A DNA stretch of 64,000 nucleotides from Felis catus (Eukaryota), in the NCBI RefSeq assembly GCF_018350175.1, contig NC_058373.1:137826001-137890000 (forward strand). Direction: 5' to 3'. Position 1 is the first letter of the stretch. Each line of letters opens with the position of its first letter. The notes beneath the pieces are model-generated. The model was not told where the DNA came from. It was given only the letters and a program-made list of their open reading frames with translations, and did no database searches. Positions 23,331 to 35,369 of this stretch are shown piece after piece. Both the position numbers and the translations under genes were made by a program.

Positions 23331-26300
23331 GCGGGGGCCCCGGGGGGGGGGGCGAGGGGCGGGGCGGGGCGGGGGAGGGAGGCTGGGCTCGGGCCGGTTT
23401 CTTTCCCCCCCCACCCCGGGGGTGTTTGTTGCTTGGATTGTTTGGTCGCAAACGGGCGGTGATGAGACACGGGGTCCCGGCCCCCAGATTGTGATGTCTC
23501 AGGGGGCGGGGGGCGGGGCGACGCCGCGAAGCAGCGGGGGGGGGGGGGGGGCGGGGTGAGCCCGCGGGTCCCAGCGCCTGGTCCGCGGGAGGGCCCGCCC
23601 CCTGCCACCCGGCCCCCGGCCCCTCCACGCACCCCTGTCCCAGGGACGGCCAGGCAGACAGCCCTCCACCCCAGGTCCCCGGCCTCCGCACAATTCAGAG
23701 GCCACCTCTGCGGAGGGGAGGGCCGTGCGAGGCCGTGCGCCCCCGCGGGCACCTGGGGGGAACGGTGAGAACCCGGGTAGGGGCGAACAAATGCAGAGAT
23801 GGAGTTAAGGGGGAGACTCTCCTCTGCCTCCAGATTGGGGAGCCGCAGCGAGAAAGACTTCTTTCTTAGGTTTGGCTATTGGAAACCTTCTCCCTGCGGA
23901 TCCCGTCCAGAGATGACCCCAGATTGTGGGAAGCAGGGAGAAGCCTGACACCCCCATCGCCACCACCCCGTGCAGCCGGGGGGGGGGGGGGGCACCCTCT
24001 CTGGGGCTTTACTGAAAATGAGTAAGGGCCTTCCCGGTGGAGGTGGGGGAGTGTTTGTTACCGTTTCTTTTAACTCTTGAGAGTTCCAGGATCTTATCTT
24101 GTTTGGGGCTCACAACCCATACTTTCAGGCAGAGTTCCTAGCTGCTTTCAAAAACATGGAAAAAGTGAGGTCCCGGAGTCTTGGAATTTACCCGAGGCTG
24201 AAGAATGATCTAGGGGCATGAGGTCCAAGCTCCTAGCTCACTACTTGGACCCTCTCCTGAGACCTGTGGAAGGCACATGGGCGCACACACAGAGACAGAG
24301 AATGGCTTATATATGGGGTGTTACAAGAGAAAAAAAATGGGCATAAACATAGGTTGTGTTCATCATTGCCAAGTTCATGCTACTGAACTACTAGGAACCC
24401 AGATGGTTGGGCTACTTCCTAATTAACAAATAACTATGCAGCCCCCACTGGTACACAGACCCTGTGTCCTTGAGGCAGGGCCTTAAGGTGAGTGAATCCA
24501 CTCTCTGACTCAGACTCCTGAGTGGGGTTGGGGTGGGCGGGGGGGTAGGCAGTGGAGTGGACAGCCAACAACCAAGAAACAAAAATACAGACGGAGGTGA
24601 CTTCCAGAAGGGAGAAAATCCACTGGAGGGAGTAGTTGGGATAGGGAATGGTCTGGAGAGATCTCTGGGTGGGGCTGACTTTAGAGCTGGACTGGAAGGA
24701 TGAGGGGAGCCACCACTGGGCAAGCAACTTGGGCAGGGCCAGTGGGCACAGGCCCCAGTGGCTTCCTGTGTGCTGCCCTCTTCAGGTGCCAGGGCCCCAT
24801 CGGGGACCCAACGTCAAAGCCAGATGAGCTGACCAGACAGGGGGGAAGTTTAACCAGAGGATGCACCGAAATGCAATGTCAAGGTGGGAAGCTCTGGAAT
24901 GATTTTTCTTTCTTCTTGTTCTGTCTGCCAAGTTTCTCACCATGAGCACATATTTTTTATCATCAGGCAGAAGACCAGCAAATTCTTTTTTAACCTCTCA
25001 AGACCCTTTCCAAGAGTCCCCAGCCTGTCCCAGCTCTCCTCATCTGCGGCTCTGGAAGCCCAGTGGAGGCCCACGGAGCCAATGGGCACTCACGGGTGCC
25101 TGGGCGCATGCCTCCCGGATTCGAGGTTGGAGCTGCTTTCTCCCCGACCGGGTTTGAGAGCCTGTGTTCATTTCACACTCCAGGGAGCAAGGTCTGCTTC
25201 TGTGTCCTCCGGAGCTGGGTGCTAGTAGCCAGGCACTTAATTTTGCCCCATCTGCTAGCTACCTCCCGTTTTTACACTTCAATTTATTTTCCATAATTGC
25301 TATGGAGGGGGGAGTTCGGCTGAAAATCGTTTTCTTTACAAAGCAAAGAGCCAAGACAATCAGACTGTCTCCATCCAGAGGCGGGTCTCAGGGAACAGAA
25401 GGCTTTAAACAACGAGGTGGGGATGTTAAGCTGCAGGGATGGGCCATTTGTCACGACACAAAGATGTGAATGGAAGTCTGCATCTTTGAGGAGCATTTGT
25501 GTGAGGAACACTGTGTAGGCAGTAACAACTCCCTGGCAGGGAGGGGCTGTGATCGCCACTGATTGAGCACCAACTGTGTACTAGATGTCGGTGCAGAGAA
25601 ATTCTTTGTACCAAGGTGCAGAGAATTTTAGGTGGTTTTCAAGACGGACTAGGACCCGTCTAAGCACACGAACCGGCACTAAGCTCGAGGCTGGCCCCCA
25701 ACAGGTGCTTGAATATTCACTGAGCTTGTGTGTCAATATCACCCCTCTTTCCTTCAGTCTCTCTGGACCCTGGCCCTCCCTGATTGGTCCCTGTGCCGCC
25801 TTCTTGCCCATCAATCCTGGTTTTGCACTTTTCTACCCAGGATGTGGGATTGCAGGGTCTGGCCACACCCCAGTCACCTATAGGCGTTGGCTCACTCTGC
25901 TCCCTTTGAAATGCCCTTGCCCTCCCCTGCTCTGTACTCCTGCTTTACCTAGCACACCGCTGCTAACTCATGTTCATCTCAAGAGAACCTCCTCCAAACC
26001 CCCAAAGCCCAGCTGAGTGCCCACCTCCTACAATTCCCATAATATTCAGCACAATCCCATAATATCCTACGAACCCCTATCTTAAGATGTCGCATCATGA
26101 TTATGTTTACTTGGTGGTTTCCCCACGTAAGCTGTGTCGTTGAGAACAGGGGCTGAGTCTCATTAATTTCTCTGTCTGAGCACTTAGCACACTGCCTGGC
26201 ACCAAATGAGGTCTCATGTTGAGTGGATGGATGGATGGATGATCCAGTATAGGCCTGAACTCACAAAGCAAGGACCAAATGACAAATAGTTGATCCCCAT

Positions 26301-26750
26301 GTCCTGGGCTCAAGTCACCTTCTGCAGAGGCAGTAAGAAAAAATATTCACATACCGGCAGCGAGTAAAGCACACATTCCCGGGCCCCAGGCAAATACCAC
26401 ACTGTACCTTCCTTGGGTGTGTACAACTTCCTGTATCTGGAGCACCAGCTGGGAGAGGTTGTCATGTGACATCCATGGGCATTGACGTTATTTGCCTCTT
26501 ACCTGAATTAACAGTTCTATTTTTCTTTTGCCTTTTTATTTTGGGGAAGGAAAAGTACTCTGCCTGAAGGCCTGGCTTCCCGGGAGTTTCCAGAAACTGA
26601 TTTTCTAGAAATTGCCCAATGCCGCTAGAATCTATGCCATTGTTTAAAACTGACTTCTGCCAAGGGAAAGGACGTGGAGTCAGAGGATCGCAAAGAATCC
26701 CTGGATAGGACCTCAGAGATCAAGTCCAACCTCCCTCCCTCTGTAAGGAC

Positions 26751-26979
26751 TTTTTTTTTTATTTTTTATTTTTGTAATTATTTATTTTGGGGGGGGAGAG
26801 AGAGAGAGGCAGAACGTGAGTGGGGGAGGGGCAGAGAGAGGGAGACACAGAATCCCAAGCAGGCTCCAGGCTCTGAGCTGTCAGCACAGAGCCCGACGAG
26901 GAGCTCAAACTCACAAACTGTGAGATCATGACCTGAGCTGAAGTTGGATGCTTAGCCGACTGAGCCGCCCAGGTGCCCC
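26751..26979 (-). mobile_element. Can-SINE
   Basis: Antisense full-length element. Confidence 0.94.
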
Positions 26980-27389
26980 CAGGACCTCTAAAACATCTGG
27001 CCCAAGGATCTTCCTGCTTCTGTTAATGGCGATGGATAACTTCTGGCAGATAATCTGGACAGAGGGTTTGCACATCCACATCTCACACCCCCTTTGGGAA
27101 GGATTAAGAACAACAAAGATAACCGCAGTGTACCCCCCCACCCCCAGCCACTTGCAGGAGAGGAGTGTGACGGGGGCTCCAGCCGGTGGGAAGCTGCCTT
27201 CTCTGGTCATGGTCGTGACCCGTTACACATGCACAGCACTGTGGGTTTGGATGGCCCCTCTGCGGCCAGGGCTCAGCTGGTCTCCACAGTGACCTCCTGA
27301 GGCCAACCGAGCAGGGTCATTTTTAGGTGGTGCTTAAAGCGGCCCAGACGCCATCCCAAGGTCGCAGGGTAGGGCAAAAGCACACTTTG

Positions 27390-27624
27390 TTTTTTGTTTT
27401 GTTTTGTTTTAATTTTTTTTTCAACGCTTATTTATTTTGGGGACAGAGGGAGACAGAGCATGAACGGGGGAGGGGCAGAGAGAGAGGGAGACACAGAATC
27501 GGAAACAGGCTCCAGGCTCTGAGCCATCAGCCCAGAGCCCGACGCGGGGCTCAAACTCACGGACCGCGAGATCGTGACCTGGCTGAAGTCGGACGCTTAA
27601 CCGACTGCGCCACCCAGGCGCCCC
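27390..27624 (-). mobile_element. Young SINEC_Fc-type SINE
   Basis: Near-consensus with most CpGs intact. TSD gcacactttg at 27380-27389 and 27627-27636. Confidence 0.96.
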
Positions 27625-28532
27625 AGGCACACTTTGAACTATACTTCTCACGGCCTGCCCACATCACCCACATGCGACTGGACTTGGGCTGTGGACCAGA
27701 CGAACACTTAGCAATTTGGTATTAGTCACGTATACTTAGGTATTGTCGTGTTTACGTGACATTTTTGAAAAGATTTCGCCGTCGTATGAAACCTGTTGGG
27801 AATTTCAAGTTAATTTCAAGTAAGTCCAGTTAAGAGGCTATAGTGGATCCTAGATAGATTAACCAATGGTGATTCTTCAAAAAGCCCAAGAATACTTCCT
27901 GGGTAGAGGGTCTGCATTATGATGTCACAAGGCCTTCCCTGTAGCATGAAGACCACCCCCGCCCCCCCCCCGCCCCCGCAGCCTCATTTATTCATTGAAC
28001 AAACACTGGTTGAATGACTACCCATGCCCTGGCCCCATACTAGGACCCAACAGTGGACAAACCCCAGAATCTGCCTGTGAATCCCTGCTCAGGGGGTTGG
28101 ACTTTGTCGTCAGGGCAGAGAGGAGCCTTTGGAGGACAAAACTGGGTCAGATTGGCCCTTTAGTTGTGGTGTGGAGAAAGGGTCGGAGGTGGAGGCTAGG
28201 AGCTTGGGACCCTGTTGGTCTCAGGGACACGGGGGTAAAATGGCGGTAACCCACAGGGGAGCAGCGGCTATAGAGACAGATTCTCCGCTGTTCAAGACGG
28301 TGGAGGTGACCATACCTGTGGCTGGCTTAGGAATATTGTGGCGTCTGCTTCTAGTATTTGTGCATGTCTGTTACACCTACATTGTGCAAATTCCTCAGGA
28401 AGGCCTTGTAAGCAGGGCCGCCCAGTTCATCTTTGTATTTCCAGGGCCCAACACGGCACTGGACGGTCCTCAGTATTAGTGGTGTGTGTGACTCAACATG
28501 TTCTATTTAAACTTCACCCACCAGTAATTATT

Positions 28533-28767
28533 TTTTTTAATTATTAAAAAAAATTATTTTTTTACATTTATTTATTTTTGAGAGACAGAGAGAGACAGAG
28601 CACAAGTAGGGGAGGGGCAGAGAGAGGGGGAGACACAGAATCCAAAACAAGCTCCAAGCTCTGAGCTGTCAGCACAGAGCCCAACACGGGGCTTGAACTC
28701 ACAAACCATGAGATCGTGACCGGAGCCCAAGTTGGACATTCAAGCGACAGAGCCACCCAAGCGCCCC
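28533..28767 (-). mobile_element. Can-SINE
   Basis: TSD acc(c/a)accagtaattatt at 28516-28532 and 28768-28784. Confidence 0.95.
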
Positions 28768-29839
28768 ACCAACCAGTAATTATTAAAACTCTTTGAGCCC
28801 CGGGCTCCTCAGAAGGGTCAGGGTCTCCTCCACGCCTTAGGAGCGCCAGCTCTCTGCCAATTTTTTTTTCCTGCTGACTCTTTCCCAATGTTTTCTGTCT
28901 GCCTCCAGGAATCCCGTAGGACATGATGCAAAGGCTGGTGGCAGAGAGAGATGCTGAGAAGCAGAAGGAATCAGGCTCGAGAAAAAAGGAGGGAAGATAT
29001 GTGGTGTGGTGGACAGTGGGCAGATGGTAATGGTCTGAGCTGTGTGACCTCAGGCACGTTCTTAACCTCTCTGGGCCTCTGTGCTTTTATCTGTAAGATA
29101 AAAGAGTTCCTGCCGGGCAGGGTGGCTGTGAGATCAAAGACACATATATAGAGAAGAGATGCTCCGGTGAGACTTCAGTAAGATTCAAATCATTTCTATG
29201 GCATAAAATGAACCACGCTCAGAAGAAAAATTGTCCCTCAACTTGGAAGATTACCTATAATGTAAAATATTAATGCGTTCTCTGGGATTTTATTAATTTT
29301 TTTCTGGTATGTGTAGGTGTTGATGGGTGGTTTAAAAAAAAAATCTGCTTCCCTAAGTAGACAGCACCGGATGTCCCAATTTCCACAAATAAAACCCTTC
29401 ATTTCTTCCAGGTTTGAATAGTCAAAGGCTGCTTCCCTAGAGACAGTGCTGCTAATTTTTTTTTTTTTTTTTGCAGACATTAGAACACTATTTAAGGAGA
29501 GTATATTTTCCAGTAAAGCAAATGATGAAAACCTTTTCCCCGGCGATGTGGGAGATGTTGGCAATATGGAGAGGTGGGGAGAGACAGGATGCTGTGGACC
29601 CAGCAAAAACACCCTCTATTGTTGTTTGCAACAACATTGCAGAAATATATATATATATATTTTTAACATGTTGGAATCTAAAGCAAACTTTGTTGATGAT
29701 AATCCCAAGAGGGGTGATTTTAAAAGCCCAAACTTGGTGCCAATAGAATCCCTGGGCCAGCCCCTCCAGCCGGCGGCGCCAGCACAGGCAAGCCCATTTC
29801 AACAAAGTTACTGTGTATCTCTTGTCTGCTGTGCAGCTA

Positions 29840-30025
29840 ACAGCTACTAAGAGCTCACTATTTGCCAAACATTGAGTCCAGTGCTTTGCATTATCTCATT
29901 TAATCCTTTGAAGGAGGTACTATTACCGTCTTGATTTTATTGATGGAAACTAAGGACCAGAAGAAGTTCGGTAGCATCCCCAAGGTCACACAGGTCGTAG
30001 GTTAACAGAGACGAGACTTGACCTC
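29840..30025 (-). mobile_element. MIR
   Basis: attatctcatttaatcctt...gaaactaagg...cccaaggtcacacag. Confidence 0.75.
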
Positions 30026-30599
30026 AAATATTATGCAGAAACCGAGTCTGATCTTTCTGCTCTGTACCCTTTTGGAACCTGCCCAGGCAACTAAGTGGAA
30101 CCATTCATATTAGGGAGTCACTGGAAAATAAATCCAGCCAACTGTTAGCCTTATGGAAACAAGATGACCGGAGGCACCTGTCCCCTAATAGGTCAGGAAC
30201 AAAAATACTCGCTCCATTGCCCTCTGTGGGGACATTTCTTAGGTTTATGTGAAATGCTGGCAGGCATTTCCACGGCTGACCCCTGTACATCTCAAATGGC
30301 AACTTATCTTTGTAAAGAACCCTCAGTGTGTCTCTGCTAGAAAAGTATGTATTTCGTGCTGTGCAAATGGATTTTAACACGCAGAGTCCAAGGAGAAGGG
30401 GCAAAAGTCTGTATCCAAGCCAGCAGCAAGTCCTGTCAAGTTCATGCGATCTCCCCAAGTCCATCCTTGGTAGCTAGCATCAAATGTTAACTTTCCTATG
30501 TCCACGGCGCTCTGCAGGGTCTCACTTCTCCCCTAAATCACCCCGAGCCCCGTTCAGTCCACCTGCTCCCTTCAGTTACTCAAAAGAATTGCTCTACTA

Positions 30600-31320
30600 G
30601 GCAAGCCATTCTATTGCTGTTCTATACCGAGCACAAATGCATACATATTCCTCAAAATGTGTGTTCAAAATATTCACAGCACCTTTACTCTTACTAGCTA
30701 CAATAACCCAAATGTCCACCAGGAGAAGAGTGGATGGATAATAGAATTCATCAACGAAGATGAGAGAGCAACACAGATGAGTCTCAAAAATCGTGATGTG
30801 GAGCAGAAGCCGGGCACAGAAGAAGCCACCCTGTAGGATACCACTGGTCAAGAGTTAAAAAAACAGAGGGTGCCTGGGTGGCTCAGTCAGTTAAGTGGCC
30901 GACTTCGGCTCAGGTCATGATCTCACGGTCCGTGAGCCCGAACCCTGTGTCGGGCTCTGTGCTGACAGCTTGGAGCCTGGAGCCTGCTTTGGATTCTGTC
31001 TCCCTCTCTCTGCCCCTCCCCTGCTCGTGCTCTGCCTGTGTCTCTCTCTCTCACAAATAAAACACTACAAAATTTAAAAAAAAGAAAAGTTAAGAACCCA
31101 GTAAGAAGTTCAAAACCACTTCCCTCTCCGTTGATAGAAGTCAGGGTAGTGGTCAGGCTGAGAGGGAGGTGGTGCAGGCAAAGGGCGTAAGGGGGCCCTC
31201 TGGGGTGCAGGGCATGTTTTGTTTCTTATGTGGGTCTGGTTACCCTGTTTTTATGCATTACGTGATACTTCACCAACTGGTGCATTTTCCTGCGTATGTT
31301 CAACAAACTGTTAAAAAATA
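30600..31320 (+). mobile_element. Old L1M 3' end interrupted by a SINE
   Basis: caataacccaaatgtccacc...acacagatgagtctcaaaaat...gatagaagtcagggtagtggt. Confidence 0.65.
30867..31088 (+). mobile_element. Can-SINE
   Basis: Head gggtgcctgggtggctcagtcagttaag, CT linker and A tail. Confidence 0.94.
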
Positions 31321-31467
31321 AACGCGCAGCTCTGCCTCCTGCCAAACGGCACACCCTCTTGGCTCCACCTGGAATTCTCTACCCTCCCTCCGCCTCTCCC
31401 TGGTGAATTCCTGCCTGTTGTTCAGATGTAGCTCAGATTTTCCTTCACTGGGCAATCCTTTTCCGGT

Positions 31468-31900
31468 TGTATCAGTCAGTCTTGGCTGCGTAACAAACCA
31501 CTCGAAAATGTAGCGACTTCTAGCAATAGTCACGAATTAGCTCATGACTCTATGGTCGCCAGTCGGGGTGGGTCTGGTGCTGGTCTCACCTGGACTCCTG
31601 TATCTGCACCTTGGCTGGGCGGGAAGCTCTGGGATGGGCTCACGTGTGTGGCAGCTGGCACGCTCTTGGTGGGGGCGCCTCAGTCTTCCTCAGTGTGGCC
31701 TCTCCAGCAGGCTGGCTGGGCTTGTCACATCACGGTCTCAGGATTCCAAGGGCCACTAAAGAGGGCCAGCCTCGATGCAGAAGCTCCTCTTAAGCCTCTG
31801 CTTGTGTCACACTTGCTACTTTCCACTGGCCAAAGCAAGTACAGAGCCAAGCTCAGATTCAGGAGCGAAAGAAATAAACTCCACCTCTGGATAGGAGGCA
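31468..31900 (-). mobile_element. Old MLT1-family LTR
   Basis: tgtatcagtcag...gctgcgtaacaaaccac...ttccactggccaaagcaagt. Confidence 0.7.
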
Positions 31901-33864
31901 TTATTGTGGGTATGGCTTCCAAACGATCCACCAGTGCTGCCCTCCTCAACTCCTCCCAGAGAACAGCTTCCCTCTAAGCACCCCCTGACACTTCCCCGTA
32001 TGGCACCCCCCACCCCCTGTAACCCACTACCTATCTGCGGAGCAGGATGTTCATTATCTTCGTCCCTCGCTTTCCTGCGACTCACGTGCAGCTCATGCCC
32101 AGAACGGTGGCCGGGATGTGATGGGTACCACGAAATATTTGGTGAAGAAAGTCAAAAGAAGAGGAGAGAAAAAGAAAGGGAGGGAGGGAGGGAAAAGAAG
32201 GAAAGTGGAAGAAGTCCTGGAAAAATGGAGGCACTTCTTTGGCAGGGGACAGGCTGGACCATCTCTGGGAGGCGAGGCCCCCACACATGCCCCCCACTCC
32301 CCATTCATTATTCTCATCTTGGCTTTTGCATCTTGGCTGTTCTTCCCACTGGGCTTCCCTCCCACCATCTTTCTTCTGCTTGCTCAGCCCTTGGATCCTT
32401 CAGTGGGCAGCCCAAAGTCCTCCCTTCCCACCCCAGCAAACTTCCCTCCATCCTAGATATCTGCATGGATATCTAGGTCCCAAGGGGTCCCCGGCATTCA
32501 TGGCCCACAGTGTGTCATGAACACATGCCCCTCGCAATGTTCAGTTGAACACCCCACCAGCCCCACGCGAAGTCTAGGTTGGCGATACCAACATTTCCGT
32601 TAAATGGATGAGAACTTTGTCTTGATGGGAGTGGCCTTTGGGGGGTGGGGGAGGGTAATGGGAGCCAAGAGACGCCCTGATGCCGGGAGGGGGTGGGGCA
32701 CTAGCGGGTTGCCCTCATGGATGCCGGAGCCAGAGGATCCGGGGTTCTAAGCTCTAGGCAACAGCAGATGGAGGGCGGCCAGGGGGACGAGGAGGAACTC
32801 GCCTTCTCCTGGCTAGCAAGGGGTTGTCCTGGAATGATCGGGCCCTGGGGCAGACCTGAAGCTGCCAGGGCGATGCTCCTGTGGGCAGCGCCCGGCCACA
32901 TTTTCCAAGGAATGTCAGGGCAAGCCCAGCCCACTTGCTCAGAGAAGAGATGAGCCCGATTCTCGAGAGGCGAAGGGACTTCCAAGGCCACATGGCAAAT
33001 TAGGGCAACCTGAGGCTCCCAATTGAGGCCAGTGTCCTTTCTGTCTCACCCTGTCTTTCCTTATTGCCTTCCCAGCCATCCCCCTTCCCACTTCCACACC
33101 CAGCTTCCAGCCTGGTCTGTGACCCACCCAAAGGCACGAGACTAGTCACTGAGAAGGCCAATTCCCGAGGCCCGGGAGGGAAGGGTAGTGGCCGAGGGAG
33201 CAGGCTGACGAGGCAGGGGGTGCAGCCCATGATAAGCCTTCGCCACACGCCTGTCACCGTCTTCAGAATCGCGTTTCAGTAGAAACTTCTGAATGAGTGT
33301 GGGTGCATTAGTTAACTTTAACCTACACCCTTAGGGGCTGGTGTGTGAAGTAACACGATCATGAATTCCCTGGGACAGTACAGCGACCTTCAAATATGGC
33401 TTTGCTAAATTGGCACCAAAGGCTCTTGGCTAGTTAGCACGGGAGATGTTGCAAATGCTTTCTCATTGGTAAAATGAGTTGTGTGCAAGAAATGTGGTCT
33501 GCGACCAAGGCCACACCAGCCCTTCCTCTCTCTGTGAACCAAGTTCAAGGATCCTGTAAGCCCAGTGGCCTCACACCCTTCAGCGGAGCGCTCAGGGCAC
33601 GGCTCCAACCTGGCCCTTGTCGCCGCTGAATGGGGCCTCTGCGACCACAAGAAACCCGGGGAGCCTCTCTTCCTTTGGGGTCCCACCTTCACTGGGGTCC
33701 TGCTTTTGGAAAAGGGTTGACCTTGCCTTGGAGCAGGCTTCGCCTTCGGGGTGCTTATCAGATGCCTTGAAGGACAGTGAGGGGTCCTCGCCGCATGCCT
33801 ACGAGGTGCCAGGAACAGTTCGCGATGCCTTTCCTGTATCACCTTGTTGAAAACTTCCCATGGT

Positions 33865-34321
33865 AAGTGGGTAAATAAACTGTGGTACACCCGCACAACG
33901 GAATAGTGTTCCACGCAAAAGAAAAGCCAGGGAAAGTGGTAGCAAGTCGAAAAAGCTACGGGGGAGACTTAAACGCATATTACTAAGTGAAAGACGCCAA
34001 TCTGAAAACAGTGCCTACTGTAGGTTGCAACTATGGAACATTCTGGAAAGGGCAGAAGTAGGTAGACGTTTAAAAAGATGAGCCGTTGCCAAGGGTTAGG
34101 GGTGGCAAGGGATGAATAGAGCACAGAGGACGGTCCGGAGAGTGGAATCACTCTGTAGGCCCCTGTGATGGTGGATACGTGTCATTATACATCTGTCAAA
34201 GCGCAGAATGTACCAGGATGTAAAGTATAGACACTGGGTAACAGACAACATGTGTCAACGCAGTTTCACCGAGGCTAACAAATGCACCACCAATGCTGGG
34301 GGACGTTGACTGTGGGGCAGG

Positions 34322-34359
<38 letters not shown>

Positions 34360-34450
34360 GCGGGGGACTTACTGGAAATCTCTATTTTCTGCTTAATTTT
34401 GCTGTGAACCTAAAACGCTAAAAAATTAAGTCTATATTCTTTTTTAAAAC
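33865..34450 (+). mobile_element. L1MB/L1MC-type 3' end containing a (TG)n tract at ~34323-34356
   Basis: ataaactgtggtaca...catattactaagtgaaaga...acattctggaaagggc...ttttgctgtgaacctaaaac. Confidence 0.8.
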
Positions 34451-35132
34451 CTCACTGGGACCCTCTGGCCCCATTTCCCAGAGTGGGTAAGTCCCTTCAT
34501 CAAGGCCTCGCAGGCAGGAAGTGATGCATCTGGGATGCATCAGGTTGTGTTGTCTGATTGGAGAACCTGAGCTGCGTTCCTTCCGGCAGCTGGGGACTGG
34601 AGGCCAGCGGGCAAACGGGCAGAGGTGGCTGAGATCATCAGAAGGGGCCCACGAATGTCCTTCCCTTGCTTTGTCCCCTGTCTGGCTCCTGCTCTGGACC
34701 AGGCCCTCCAGCCTTGCCTCTCCACCCCCCGCACCACCAAGCACCTGCTCCCGAGATCACCAGGTGGTTTCACGCTCAGCATCCTTGCTCACCTGGCTGG
34801 CCCTCTGCTGCCCTTCCCTCCCCCTCGGCCACCACCCTCCAGGCAAACCCTCACTTCTCACGGCACCACTCAGACCTCCCCACCCCTACAAAGTCCGTGA
34901 GACTGGACAGCCTATGCCCTTTACGACAGACTAACCTGAGGGCTATCCTCGCTTTGTCTCGCTTTGCTGTGTGCCCTTGAACAAGTGTCTTAACCTCTCT
35001 GAAACCTCAGTTTCCCTCACCCACACAGTAGGACACTCAAGTTTCCCTCATGGTTGTCGTGTGCATCAGAGAAAACACATCAGGCCCCGGACTTGACCTT
35101 CTGCCACATCACTGGAGTTTGAAAAATGGTAC

Positions 35133-35369
35133 TTACTTTTTTTTTAACGTTTATTTTTGAGAGAGAGAGCACGTGCACATGCGAGAGAGAGAGAGACAGA
35201 GAGGGAGAGAGAGAGAGAGAGCATGAATGGGGGAGGGCAGAGAGAGAGGGAGACACAGAATCAGAAGCAGGCTCCAGGCCCCAAGGTGTGAGCACAGAGC
35301 CCCACGTAGGGCTTGAACTCATAAACCGCGAGACCGTGACCCGAGCCGAAGTCGAACGCTTAACCACCC
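35133..35369 (-). mobile_element. 5'-truncated Can-SINE with an expanded (AG)n linker
   Basis: Body and tail present, head abbreviated. TSD aatggtac at 35125-35132 and 35370-35377. Confidence 0.9.

Larger units (their letters stand above)
22380..23770. promoter_or_regulatory. CpG island / TATA-less CLMN promoter
   Basis: Very high GC and CpG density around exon 1. Three overlapping GGGCGG (Sp/KLF) boxes at 23356-23375 and further GC boxes at ~23503-23556. Confidence 0.9.

Noticed and set aside
22315-23752. Long ORFs of 414, 440 and 239 aa across the CpG island
   Set aside because: Low-complexity Pro/Arg/Gly/Ala translations of stop-poor GC-rich DNA and microsatellites. Only the 27-codon calmin segment is recognisable.
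24372-24389. Palindromic AGTTCA-n6-TGAACT (similar IR3 at 16302, ER7 at 51775)
   Set aside because: The geometry is not a standard receptor element, the sites are isolated, and one lies in an L1.
26582-26591. NF-kB consensus GGGAGTTTCC
   Set aside because: A single 10-mer without corroborating cluster evidence; such matches are expected in 64 kb.
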